Assembly (NCBI GenBank): GCA_049614585.1
Contig: JBMZDY010000001.1
Location: forward strand, 1 to 58,727
Reading direction: 5' to 3'
Length of the DNA stretch: 58,727 bases
Source: Oceanihabitans sp.
GTDB lineage: Bacteria; Bacteroidota; Bacteroidia; Flavobacteriales; Flavobacteriaceae
Below, piece by piece: positions 18,036-29,057 of the stretch. A model generated the notes under the pieces. The model was not told where the DNA came from. It saw nothing but the letters and a program-made list of their open reading frames with translations, and did no database searches. How positions within the stretch are numbered: the first letter of the stretch is position 1; each line of letters opens with the position of its first letter. Made by a program: the position numbers and the translations under genes.

Positions 18036-19256
18036 TTATTCTAATTTTTTAATTATTAAAGCTGAATTTGTTCCACCAAATCCAAAAGAATTTGACAAAA
18101 ATACATCAAATTTTTTATCTAGCGTTTTTCTAACCAGATTTAATTTAACAGCATCTTCATCTGGTTCTTCTAAATTAATATTAGGAGCTATAAAATTGTG
18201 CTGCATCATTAGCATAGAATAAATTACTTCACTTGCTCCAGCCATCCAGCATTCGTGGCCTGTCATAGATTTTGTTGAGCTTACGTAAGGGCCTTTTTCG
18301 CCAAATACATTTAATATTGCTTTTGCTTCGTTTGCATCGCCTACTGGAGTTGAGGTTGCGTGTGCATTTACATAGGTTATGTCGCTAGTTTTTATATTAG
18401 CTTGACCTATTGCCATTTGCATTGCTCTAGAAGGGCCGTCTACATTTGGTGTAGAAATGTGCTCGCCATTAGAAGAAAACCCATAGCCTAATATTTCTCC
18501 TAAAATTGGAGCACCACGTTTTATAGCAGATTCGTAACTCTCTACTATTAGAGTTGCTGCTCCTCCACTTGGCACTAAACCGTCTCTATTTTTATCGAAT
18601 GGTTTAGATGCTTTTTCGGGATTGTCTTCGTTCATTGCAAAAACCCCTAAACCATCAAAACTACCCATGGCATATTTGTTAATTTCTTGTGCACCACCAC
18701 AAATTACACAGTCTTGCAAACCACTTTTAATAAGTTGATACGCCATTCCAATTGCATGCGATCCACTTGCACAGGCTGCACTTATTGTAAAATTAATACC
18801 TTTTAGTTTAAATAATGTAGATAAATTCATTGTTACTGTAGAGTTCATTGCTTTAAATATAGCGCCAGAACCAACTAAAGTGGTGTCTTTTTTGTTTTTA
18901 ATAATATCTACAGATTCTACAACGGCTTTAGATGTACTGTCGTTTCCGTATAGTATTCCTACTTCGTTTGCGTCTAAAAATTCTTGCGAAATTTTTGCGT
19001 TATGTAATGCTTCTAGTGTTGCTACATAGGCATAAGCGCCTTCTTCACCAAGGCTTATTCGTTCTCTTCTTGAAAGTTGTTTTTTTAAATTTGGTTCTGC
19101 TACCATTCCTGTTAGCGGAGAACGAAAGCCAAATTCTTTTCGTTGTATATCAGAAACTATTCCCGATTTTCCGTGGTATAGGGAGTTTTTAACTGCTTCT
19201 AAATTTTCACCAATACAAGAATATATTCCCATACCTGTAATAACAACTCTTTTCAT
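18036..19256 (-). CDS. Beta-ketoacyl-ACP synthase (FabB/F-type)
   Basis: SAACASG, NAHATST, GHECWMAG and NSFGFGG motifs. Confidence 0.93.
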   Translation of the reverse strand: MKRVVITGMGIYSCIGENLEAVKNSLYHGKSGIVSDIQRKEFGFRSPLTGMVAEPNLKKQLSRRERISLGEEGAYAYVATLEALHNAKISQEFLDANEVGILYGNDSTSKAVVESVDIIKNKKDTTLVGSGAIFKAMNSTVTMNLSTLFKLKGINFTISAACASGSHAIGMAYQLIKSGLQDCVICGGAQEINKYAMGSFDGLGVFAMNEDNPEKASKPFDKNRDGLVPSGGAATLIVESYESAIKRGAPILGEILGYGFSSNGEHISTPNVDGPSRAMQMAIGQANIKTSDITYVNAHATSTPVGDANEAKAILNVFGEKGPYVSSTKSMTGHECWMAGASEVIYSMLMMQHNFIAPNINLEEPDEDAVKLNLVRKTLDKKFDVFLSNSFGFGGTNSALIIKKLE

Positions 19257-19275
19257 AAATACTTATCCTGTTCTT

Positions 19276-20007
19276 TTAAGCGTAAATACCGCCGTTAATA
19301 TTAATTACTTCTCCGGTTATATATCCAGATTTATTAGATGCTAAAAAAGAAACTAAATCGGCAACTTCTTGAGCTGAGCCAAATCGATTCGCAGGAATTA
19401 ATTTTTTTAGTTCTTTTTCGTCTAAATCTGCAGTCATATCCGACTTTATAAAACCAGGAGCTACTGCATTTACTGTAATGTTTCTTTTTGCAACTTCTTG
19501 CGATAATGCTTTGGTAGCTGCTACAATTGCTCCTTTTGCTGCAGAATAATTGGTTTGTCCTGCAGTACCTTTAACCCCAGAAACCGAAGCTAAATTAATA
19601 ATGCGACCATAACGATTTCGTAATAGTTTTTGTATTAAATGGTTGGTAACGTTATAAAAACCATTTAAAGAGGTGTTTATTACGTTTTGCCAATCTTCTT
19701 GTGGCATCCACATAAATAAACCATCTTTTGTAATTCCTGCGTTGTTTACTATTATTTCTATTAACGCGTCTGGATTTTTTTCTTGCCAAGCATCTAAAGT
19801 GCTTTTTACGGCATTTGCATCTGCTACATTAAAAGCCAGTATTTCGCCGGTATTTCCAGCATTTTTTACTGCTTCCAAGGTGTCTTCTGCAGCTTCTTTA
19901 TTGTGGTTGTAATTTATTAATATGTGGTAATTTGTGTCTTTTGCTAATTGGGTGCAAATTGCTTTGCCTATACCTCTAGAGCCTCCGGTTATTAAAGCGC
20001 ATTTCAT
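19276..20007 (-). CDS. fabG: 3-oxoacyl-ACP reductase (cluster-associated)
   Basis: TGGSRGIG, NNAG, YSAAK and NAVAPGFI SDR motifs. Confidence 0.92.
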   Translation of the reverse strand: MKCALITGGSRGIGKAICTQLAKDTNYHILINYNHNKEAAEDTLEAVKNAGNTGEILAFNVADANAVKSTLDAWQEKNPDALIEIIVNNAGITKDGLFMWMPQEDWQNVINTSLNGFYNVTNHLIQKLLRNRYGRIINLASVSGVKGTAGQTNYSAAKGAIVAATKALSQEVAKRNITVNAVAPGFIKSDMTADLDEKELKKLIPANRFGSAQEVADLVSFLASNKSGYITGEVININGGIYA

Positions 20008-20029
20008 TTATAAATTGTATTGCTTTTTA

Positions 20030-21157
20030 TTATTTAAATAATTCTAAGTTTTTAAACTGTAGGTTTTTTAGAATTTCGCCTTTGGTATTTATGTAGCACC
20101 AAGTTTTTTTGTTTTTTACACGTGCTAAACCATTAACAAAACCTTTTTCGGCATTTTTTTTAAATATAGAAAATCCGCCTGCAGTAATAGCATATTTTGC
20201 ATCGATTACTTTTTCGCCAGATTTATTAATAAAACCCCATAGTTTGTCTTGTTTTATTGGCGCCAAGCCGTCTTTACTAAAAATCTCGGCATCTCTATAC
20301 TGAAACTCTATTACGGTTTCGCCTTTGGTATTTATGTAGCCCCATTTTTTGTCTTTCATTACTGGAGCTAAACCATTAACAAATGCTTTTACTTTATCGA
20401 ATTTAGGCTCTATAATCCATTCGCCTTTTTTGTTAATAAAGCCAATTTTATCGTTTTTCTTAGCGTATGTTATATCTGGGTTTACCGAAAAATCCCATAT
20501 TTTTTGAGCACCAGCTAATTCTTTAAAAGACCCGTTAATTATTAAACCGTGCGTTTCTCCTTTTTTAGCGACAATATTTCCGCCATATACTTGGCTAACA
20601 CCATCGTATTCTGTATTTACAAAATAGTTACCTTTTTTGTCTATTAAGCCCCATTTTTCGCCTTCTTTTACTTTTGCATAACCATTGGTAAAATCGAATG
20701 CTTTTCCAAATTTTGGTGCAATAACTACTTCGCCAGATGTATTTATAAAACCTACTTTATCGTCTTGTTTTATTTGTGCTAAGCCTTCGTTAAAATCGTA
20801 TACTTTGTCGGTTGTTATATTAGATAATACACTTTCTCCTTTTGTGTTTATATATTGCCAGGTTTTCTTTTTTAATACCACAGCAATTCCAGAGTTAAAG
20901 GCTTTTGTTTTATCGAATTCTGGTTGTATAACCCATTCTCCATTACGGTTAATAAAGCCCCATTTTTTTTTGTTATTCATGGCTTCGGCTAAATCTCCCG
21001 AGAAATTTTTTGCCACTTTAAATTGTGGTTCTATTTGCCAATCTCCAGTTTTGGTTATGTAACCATATTTTCCATCTTGGTTAGCAAGAGCTAATTTTTG
21101 AGCGTGAAGCGATACGCTTAAAAATATTAGTAAAATAAATAGCGTTTTTGTTTTCAT
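20030..21157 (-). CDS. Secreted WG-repeat protein
   Basis: Signal peptide followed by about 9 repeats of the form K(W/Y/I)G(F/Y)I(N/D)xxGxxxIxxxF. Confidence 0.9.
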   Translation of the reverse strand: MKTKTLFILLIFLSVSLHAQKLALANQDGKYGYITKTGDWQIEPQFKVAKNFSGDLAEAMNNKKKWGFINRNGEWVIQPEFDKTKAFNSGIAVVLKKKTWQYINTKGESVLSNITTDKVYDFNEGLAQIKQDDKVGFINTSGEVVIAPKFGKAFDFTNGYAKVKEGEKWGLIDKKGNYFVNTEYDGVSQVYGGNIVAKKGETHGLIINGSFKELAGAQKIWDFSVNPDITYAKKNDKIGFINKKGEWIIEPKFDKVKAFVNGLAPVMKDKKWGYINTKGETVIEFQYRDAEIFSKDGLAPIKQDKLWGFINKSGEKVIDAKYAITAGGFSIFKKNAEKGFVNGLARVKNKKTWCYINTKGEILKNLQFKNLELFK

Positions 21158-21174
21158 AATATATGCGTTTAATG

Positions 21175-22704
21175 TTATATGTTATTGTTAATAATATGAT
21201 TTTTAACAAGGTTAACATAGGGGTACATGATAACGTCTTCTGTAAAGATAGGAACTAATTCTCTTATTTCTGCATACAATTTTTTGGTTTTTGAAGAAAC
21301 TTTGTCTTGCGCCTTTAAATACTCAATAGCTTGTACTACAGTAATTAACTCTATTGCCATTACTTCGAAAGCGTTTTCAATAACCTTTTTAGTTATTAAT
21401 GCTGCATTGGTACCCATACTTACAATGTCTTGATTGTCGTTATTATTAGGTATACTATGTACGTACATTGGGTTAGAAAGTGTTTGGTTTTCTGCAGTAG
21501 TAGATGTTGCTGTAAATTGCACGCCTTGCATTCCAAAATTTAATCCTAATTTTCCTAAGTTTACAAAAGGAGGAAGAATATCGTTTAGTCTTGTGTTTAG
21601 TAAGTAGTTTAATTGTCTTTCTGCGAGCATACTCATTTTGGTAACTACTATTTTTAGTTTATCCATTTCTAACGAAACGTAATCGCCATGAAAGTTACCA
21701 CCGTGGTACACATGCTCTTTCTCTACATTTACTATTGGGTTGTCGTTTGCAGAATTAACTTCTTCTATTAGAATATTTTCTACATTATTTATGGTATCTA
21801 ATACTGGCCCTAAAATTTGCGGCACACAACGTAAAGAGTAATATTCTTGTACTTTATCTTCGAAAACCGCTACATCGTTATTGTTTGCTTCGTATAAATG
21901 GTGTTCTCTTTTTCTTGTAAGCTTGCTGTCTTCAAGATGCTCGCGCATTTTTTTAGCAATTTCACGTTGTCCTAAATGTTTTTTAGATTGGTTTAGTTCT
22001 TCCGATAAATGGTCGTCGTATGCTTCAACTATTTCGTTTATAGCTGCCGAACAAGAAATCATCCAGTTTAATAGACGCCTAGTATACATGGTATTTACAA
22101 TGCCAATTCCTGTCATTACCGAAGTACCATTCATTAAGGCAAGCCCTTCACGAAGTTCTACCGATATTGGTTTTAAGTTTTCTTTTTCAAAAACTGTTTT
22201 AGTTGCTAACCTTTCTCCTTTATAAAAAACCTCTCCTTCACCAATTAATACTAATGCTAAATGGGCTAGTTGTACTAAATCGCCACTTGCACCAACACCA
22301 CCATGTTCGTAAATTAATGGTGTAATATCTCTATTAATTAATTCGGTCATTAATGTAATTACCGACTGGTGAACTCCAGAATTCCCTAACGATAAAGTGT
22401 TTAATCTAGCAAGCATTGCTGCTTTAACATACATTGGTGCTATTGGGTTTCCGGTTCCAGAAGCATGACTGCGTATTAAGTTATACTGTAGTTGTATGCG
22501 TTCGGAATCTTTAATTTTGTATTGTGCCATTGGCCCAAAACCCGTATTAACGCCATAGATAACTTTGTTTTCTGAAAATTCTTTTAAAAAACGGAAACTT
22601 TTTTCTACCGTTTTAATAACCGAATCGTCTATGTTAATATTTTTATTTTCAATAATTATTTTATAAAAATCGTCTATTCCAAGTTTTCCGTTAAATGTTA
22701 GCAT
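21175..22704 (-). CDS. Aromatic amino acid ammonia-lyase, most likely tyrosine ammonia-lyase
   Basis: YGVNTGFG, MIO-forming GASGD, YSLRC, GGNFHG and NQDIVSMG. Closely resembles the Flavobacterium johnsoniae TAL as I recall it; first gene of the pigment operon. Confidence 0.9.
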   Translation of the reverse strand: MLTFNGKLGIDDFYKIIIENKNINIDDSVIKTVEKSFRFLKEFSENKVIYGVNTGFGPMAQYKIKDSERIQLQYNLIRSHASGTGNPIAPMYVKAAMLARLNTLSLGNSGVHQSVITLMTELINRDITPLIYEHGGVGASGDLVQLAHLALVLIGEGEVFYKGERLATKTVFEKENLKPISVELREGLALMNGTSVMTGIGIVNTMYTRRLLNWMISCSAAINEIVEAYDDHLSEELNQSKKHLGQREIAKKMREHLEDSKLTRKREHHLYEANNNDVAVFEDKVQEYYSLRCVPQILGPVLDTINNVENILIEEVNSANDNPIVNVEKEHVYHGGNFHGDYVSLEMDKLKIVVTKMSMLAERQLNYLLNTRLNDILPPFVNLGKLGLNFGMQGVQFTATSTTAENQTLSNPMYVHSIPNNNDNQDIVSMGTNAALITKKVIENAFEVMAIELITVVQAIEYLKAQDKVSSKTKKLYAEIRELVPIFTEDVIMYPYVNLVKNHIINNNI

Positions 22705-22776
22705 CTATATGTTTTATTCTTAATATATTTAATAATAAATTTTAATAACTAAAACTAAAGTAGTTATTTTGGTATG

Positions 22777-22784
22777 CAAATTTA
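22777..22784 (-). promoter_or_regulatory. Bacteroidota -7 promoter element for the pigment operon
   Basis: caaattta reads TAAATTTG on the minus strand, 72 nt upstream of the lyase start. Confidence 0.55.
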
Positions 22785-22808
22785 GCATAATAAATAGTAT
22801 ATATTATA

Positions 22809-24062
22809 ATGAATATGAATGAAATACATGTAGACGTTTTAATTATTGGTGCTGGACCATCTGGTTGTGTAGCAGCTTCTTACTTAAATAAGCACAAAAA
22901 AAACGTAAAAGTTGTTGAGAAAAGTAAGTTTCCACGGTTTGTTATTGGCGAAAGTTTACTGCCTAGATGTATGGATCATTTTGAAGAAGTAGACCTATTA
23001 GATTGTTTAAAAAAAGTAGGATTTGAAAAAAAATATGGCGCTCGTTTTTTAAGTGGCGATATAGTGTGTAATTTCGATTTTAGCAAAAAGCACTCTCCTG
23101 GTTGGGATTGGACATGGCAAGTGCCACGAGCAGATTTCGATAGTACACTTACTACCGAGTTAGTAAACCGAGGTGTAGATATAAATTTCGAACATGAGGT
23201 TGTAGATGTTGTATTTGAACCTAACGGAAACTCTACCACAAGTATTAAAGATGAAAATGGAGCCCTCTATAAAGTACACGCAAAACACATTATAGACTCT
23301 AGTGGTTATGGGCGTGTTTTACCAAGAATGTTGGGCTTAGATAAGCCATCTGCAATACCAGAACACTCATCTCTTTTTGCACATGTTAAAGAGCTAAATA
23401 GGCCAGAAGGAGAAGAGGGAACTCTTATTACTTTCGATGTATTAGATTTAGATACTTGGTTTTGGGTAATACCTTTTTCTAATGGAGATACCAGTATTGG
23501 TTTTGTTGGTAAAACCGAATTTATAGAGTCGTTTACAGGAAGCACTATAGAACGTTTGCAAAAAATGCTAAAACACTCTAAGTATTACCATAAACGTTTT
23601 GAAGGATTAGATTTTAAATTCCCACCGGTTTGTATTAAAAATTATGCAAAATCGGTAACCCAATTATATGGTAAAGGTTATGCGTTAACAGGTAATAGTG
23701 CCGAGTTTTTAGATCCCGTATTTTCATCTGGAGTAACATTTGCTACAGAATCTGCTTTAAAAGCAGCCAAATTAGTAACCAAAGAATTAAATAACGAAAC
23801 GGTAGATTGGGAAGAAGAATATACTGGATATATAATGAAAGGAGTAAATGTTTTTGCCACTTATGTTAAAGAATGGTATACCGGAAACTTACAAACTTTA
23901 TTTTTTCATAGGCCAGAAAACCCTGAAATTAAAAAGCAAATATGTGCCGTTTTAGCAGGATATGTTTGGGACGAAACCAATCCTTTTGTGAAAAAACATA
24001 CGCGTTTGGTAAAAACATTAGCCCATTTAATTAATATGGAAAAAAATGAAAAAGCGAACTAA
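22809..24062 (+). CDS. Flavin-dependent halogenase-like oxidoreductase
   Basis: GAGPSG, FPRFVIGESL, WFWVIP (WxWxIP) and FLDPVFSSGV; divergent from the lyase. Confidence 0.85.
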   Translation: MNMNEIHVDVLIIGAGPSGCVAASYLNKHKKNVKVVEKSKFPRFVIGESLLPRCMDHFEEVDLLDCLKKVGFEKKYGARFLSGDIVCNFDFSKKHSPGWDWTWQVPRADFDSTLTTELVNRGVDINFEHEVVDVVFEPNGNSTTSIKDENGALYKVHAKHIIDSSGYGRVLPRMLGLDKPSAIPEHSSLFAHVKELNRPEGEEGTLITFDVLDLDTWFWVIPFSNGDTSIGFVGKTEFIESFTGSTIERLQKMLKHSKYYHKRFEGLDFKFPPVCIKNYAKSVTQLYGKGYALTGNSAEFLDPVFSSGVTFATESALKAAKLVTKELNNETVDWEEEYTGYIMKGVNVFATYVKEWYTGNLQTLFFHRPENPEIKKQICAVLAGYVWDETNPFVKKHTRLVKTLAHLINMEKNEKAN

Positions 24063-24075
24063 TAAGTTCGCTTTT
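24050..24075. terminator. Bidirectional intrinsic terminator
   Basis: AAAAGCGAACT-aata-AGTTCGCTTTT, a perfect 11-bp stem between convergent genes. Confidence 0.8.
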
Positions 24076-24100
24076 AAATATTTAAGTATTTTTTATAAGT

Positions 24101-24937
24101 CTAATCTAAGTAATAAATATAACCAACATTAAGCCATACTAACCAATCGTTTGCTTTGTTAGAATCTAAAGTGTGGTTTAAACCATCTACCCAATTACTA
24201 AAGTAATATTGCCATCTAAGATCTAGCATTAAATCGGAATCTCTATTTAATTTGTAACGTACACCAATACTAGATACTAAAGACCAAGTACTACCAGAAG
24301 CATCGTTAATTACTTTATCTACGTCACCACTTATTCCTGGAGCTTGAACCCAACCAGTATAAAAGTTGTTTGGGTTAGAAGTGTTTCCATAATCGTCGTA
24401 AAACGGATTTGGGTTTCTATAAGTAGTAGAAACCTTTGGGTTATAAGAAGTGTAGTGTGCACCAAAACTAATAAAAGGAGCAAAACGATACGCAAATGCT
24501 TGAAACGAACGAATACTAAAAGGAAAATATTCCAATTGCATACCTACATCAAAATTGTTTGCTTCGCCGTGGTGATCTCTAAGTTTCTGTGCGTCTTCAC
24601 TAGTTCTATCTGGCGCTACCCATTTTCCAAAATGGTCTAATTTTGTTTTATTCCATGAAACTTCACTTCTTAATTTAAAGTGATCGTTAAAATAAGTATC
24701 TGTTGAATAGCAATCACATTCTGCATTATACGAGAAATTTATATAATGAACAATTCCTATTCCAATTCCTGTATTTCCAGCATCGGTTTCAAAATCGTTT
24801 CGTACACCAAAATCCGACTGAAAAGCTACAGGGCCAACAATAACACCTATTTCATGAGAAAAACCTAATTGAGAAAAAACAGTATGCGAAGCACAAAACA
24901 AAAGTAGGGCTAGAGTTAATTGTTTCAGTTTAATCAT
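24101..24937 (-). CDS. Outer-membrane beta-barrel protein (DUF6089/PorG-like superfamily)
   Basis: Signal peptide, alternating aromatic strands, DLRWQYYFSNWVDGL, C-terminal NVGYIYYLD. Confidence 0.7.
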   Translation of the reverse strand: MIKLKQLTLALLLFCASHTVFSQLGFSHEIGVIVGPVAFQSDFGVRNDFETDAGNTGIGIGIVHYINFSYNAECDCYSTDTYFNDHFKLRSEVSWNKTKLDHFGKWVAPDRTSEDAQKLRDHHGEANNFDVGMQLEYFPFSIRSFQAFAYRFAPFISFGAHYTSYNPKVSTTYRNPNPFYDDYGNTSNPNNFYTGWVQAPGISGDVDKVINDASGSTWSLVSSIGVRYKLNRDSDLMLDLRWQYYFSNWVDGLNHTLDSNKANDWLVWLNVGYIYYLD

Positions 24938-24971
24938 GGTGGTTATTAAATTTAGAGCAAATTTGTTAAAA

Positions 24972-24979
24972 CAAATATA
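24972..24979 (-). promoter_or_regulatory. -7 promoter element
   Basis: caaatata reads TATATTTG on the minus strand, upstream of the beta-barrel gene. Confidence 0.6.
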
Positions 24980-25120
24980 TAAAAACTACTATGAAAAGAA
25001 AATATATTCGATAAAAGGTGAATTAAAATAAAATCTTACAAAAAAGAATTGATTCCAAAAGCGAATTTTATTTTCCATTGCTAAAATAAAAAAAAAGGCA
25101 AGTAATTTTTAAAGTTAATG

Positions 25121-25128
25121 TATATTTG
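25121..25128 (+). promoter_or_regulatory. -7 promoter element for gdhA
   Basis: TATATTTG followed by CA, 132 nt upstream of the ATG. Confidence 0.65.
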
Positions 25129-25242
25129 CACTGTTAAATTTGTTATTTAATAATTTTCAAAACTTTATAAATAAATTGGTTATAAATTTTTAAAAGGAAG
25201 ATAACAAATGCTTGAACGTAAGTTATAGACATCTATTTTTAA

Positions 25243-26604
<1,362 letters not shown>

Positions 26605-26620
26605 TAAATTTCTTATTACA

Positions 26621-26652
26621 AAAAAAGCTTCCTGTAAAATGGAAGCTTTTTT
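26621..26652 (+). terminator. Intrinsic terminator after gdhA
   Basis: AAAAAAGCTTCC-tgtaaaat-GGAAGCTTTTTT. Confidence 0.85.
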
Positions 26653-26723
26653 CGTTTTTATATATTATTTTCACTTAAAACTCGTTAAATATAAATATAT
26701 TTAGAAGCTTAAGATTTTTGGTT

Positions 26724-29057
26724 ATGATTAAAAAAATTACAATTCTATTCCTTTCACTGTTTCCTTATCTGCAATTTGCTCAAGATTATTCCGATCAATG
26801 GGAAGGGTTATTTTCTTATTACAACATAAAAGATGTTACGTTAAGTACTAATAAAATTACAGCTGCAGCCGAAAATGCAATTTTTAATTATAACACTCTT
26901 ACGCAAGAACGAAATAAATTTTCTACCATAAACGGGCTTTCTGGAGAAACAATATCTGCGGTTCACTATAGCGAAGCATACGAGATTTCTTTAATTGGAT
27001 ACGAAAACGGGTTAATGGAAATAGTTTTCGATAATGGAGATAACACACTTTCTGTTGTAGATATACTTGAAAAACCAACCATACAACCATCTCAAAAAAG
27101 CATTAATCATTTTAACGAACAAGGAGGCATTGTTTATATCGCTACAAATTATGGTATTTCGGTTTTTGATCTTGAACGATTAGAATTTGGAGACTCTTAT
27201 TATATAGGTGACTTAGGAAGCCACGTAAAAGTAAATCAAACCGTAATATATCAAGATTATATTTATGCTGCTTGCGAGAATAGCGCAGGTATAAAAAAAG
27301 CACCAGTAGATAACCCTAATTTAATAGATTATCAAGAATGGACAACTGCAGTTGCAGGTAATTATAAAGCTGTAGAAACTCTAAACGATAGGCTTTTTGT
27401 AGCAAGAACAAACAAGCGTTTTTACGAGTTGAATACCTGGTTGTCGCAATTAGCAATTTATAGTAATTTTATACTAGATGTAAGAGTTGTAGAAGATAAA
27501 TTAATCGTTACAACCAAAAGTGAAACCAACATTTACGACGGCGATTTTAATTTAATAACGCAAATAAATGCTAGCGAAAATATTAATGGACAATTTAATT
27601 GTGCAACCTTCGATTCGGAATATTATTATATAGGAACTTCCGATATTGGATTAATAAAAATTTCCTTTCAAGACCTAGAAACTTACCAAAGCCTTTCTCC
27701 AGAAGGACCTTTATTTAATAACGCATTTTCAATAGAAGTAAATCCAACCAATTTATGGGTTACTTTTGGAGATTACGATTTTGCCTACAATCCTTACCCA
27801 CTACATACCAGAGGGTTTAGCCATTTGCAAAATGAAGAGTGGATTAATGTCTCTAAAGACAGTGTGTTAACTGCAAGAAATTTAAATGCAATAGCTATAA
27901 ACCCACTACAAGAGAATCAAGTGTTTATAAGCGCCTGTATAGATGGTGTTTTAGAAGTAAACGACAATACTGCAACAGTTTTATATAATGCCTCGAACAG
28001 TACCTTAGAACCTCGTGTAATAGGAACTAATAATTTTAGACAAACCGCAGCTGCATTTAGTAATGAAGGTGTTTTATGGACAACAACAGGTAGGTCTTTA
28101 AAACCATTAAATTCTTACGACCCAACAACAGGAGCATGGGCTTCTCATGATTTTTCAGGCATATTACAAGATGTAGACGATGAGTGGGGTTATTGCGATG
28201 TTATTATAGATAATAGTGGGAACAAATGGTTAGGCGGACTTAAAAAAGGGCTTATAGGATATAACGAATCAAACAGTGCAGACAACAAAGTAAGAGCATT
28301 ATATAAAGAAGAAGAGAATATGCCTTCTACTTTTGTTACCGCAATAGCTTTAGATAAAAACAACCAAATGTGGATTGGTACACAACGTGGTATTCGTGTT
28401 TTACGTAATACCGCAAACTTTTTTAGTGCAGCAGAATTACATGCAGACGAAATAATAATTTTAGAGAATGGTGTACCTAGCGAATTGTTATACGAGCAGT
28501 TTGTATCTGGAATTGTAGTAGATGGTTCTAACAACAAATGGATAAGCGTTGTAGGATCTGGCTTGTTTTACTTTTCTGCAGATGCACAAGAAACCATATT
28601 TCATTTTACTACAGAAAATTCCCCATTACCATCCAATAACATAAATAATTTAGAGCTAAACGAATCTAACGGAAAATTATATGTTGCTACCGAAAAAGGA
28701 ATTGTAACCTTTAGCGCTGGAGGTGCTGCGCCTACAGAAACAATTAGCGAAGCTTACGTGTATCCAAACCCAGTACGACCAACATTTAATATTACTCAAG
28801 ATAAAATAAAAATTAAAGATATATCCGAAAATGTAAATATTAAAATTACGGATATTGAAGGGAATTTGGTAGCAGAGGCACAAAGTAATACCAATACCAG
28901 ATATAAAGGTTATAATCTTGAAATTGATGGAGGAATTGCACTTTGGAACGGTAAAAATCTTGCAAATAATGTTGTAGCATCTGGAGTGTATTTAGTTATG
29001 CTTTCCGATTTAGATTCTCTAGACACAAAAGTGATTAAAATTATGGTTGTAAGGTAA
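26724..29057 (+). CDS. porZ: T9SS component PorZ (two beta-propellers plus C-terminal sorting domain)
   Basis: Signal peptide from ATG 26724 (ORF track opens at TTG 26718); propeller repeats (DNSGNKW, DKNNQMWIGT, DGSNNKW, NSPLPSN); CTD VYPNPV...WNGKN...VASGVYLV...KIMVVR; adjacent to recO. Confidence 0.85.
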   Translation: MIKKITILFLSLFPYLQFAQDYSDQWEGLFSYYNIKDVTLSTNKITAAAENAIFNYNTLTQERNKFSTINGLSGETISAVHYSEAYEISLIGYENGLMEIVFDNGDNTLSVVDILEKPTIQPSQKSINHFNEQGGIVYIATNYGISVFDLERLEFGDSYYIGDLGSHVKVNQTVIYQDYIYAACENSAGIKKAPVDNPNLIDYQEWTTAVAGNYKAVETLNDRLFVARTNKRFYELNTWLSQLAIYSNFILDVRVVEDKLIVTTKSETNIYDGDFNLITQINASENINGQFNCATFDSEYYYIGTSDIGLIKISFQDLETYQSLSPEGPLFNNAFSIEVNPTNLWVTFGDYDFAYNPYPLHTRGFSHLQNEEWINVSKDSVLTARNLNAIAINPLQENQVFISACIDGVLEVNDNTATVLYNASNSTLEPRVIGTNNFRQTAAAFSNEGVLWTTTGRSLKPLNSYDPTTGAWASHDFSGILQDVDDEWGYCDVIIDNSGNKWLGGLKKGLIGYNESNSADNKVRALYKEEENMPSTFVTAIALDKNNQMWIGTQRGIRVLRNTANFFSAAELHADEIIILENGVPSELLYEQFVSGIVVDGSNNKWISVVGSGLFYFSADAQETIFHFTTENSPLPSNNINNLELNESNGKLYVATEKGIVTFSAGGAAPTETISEAYVYPNPVRPTFNITQDKIKIKDISENVNIKITDIEGNLVAEAQSNTNTRYKGYNLEIDGGIALWNGKNLANNVVASGVYLVMLSDLDSLDTKVIKIMVVR

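Noticed and set aside
21175-22704. Calling the lyase hutH
   Set aside because: There are no hut genes nearby; operon context and resemblance to flavobacterial TAL favour tyrosine as substrate
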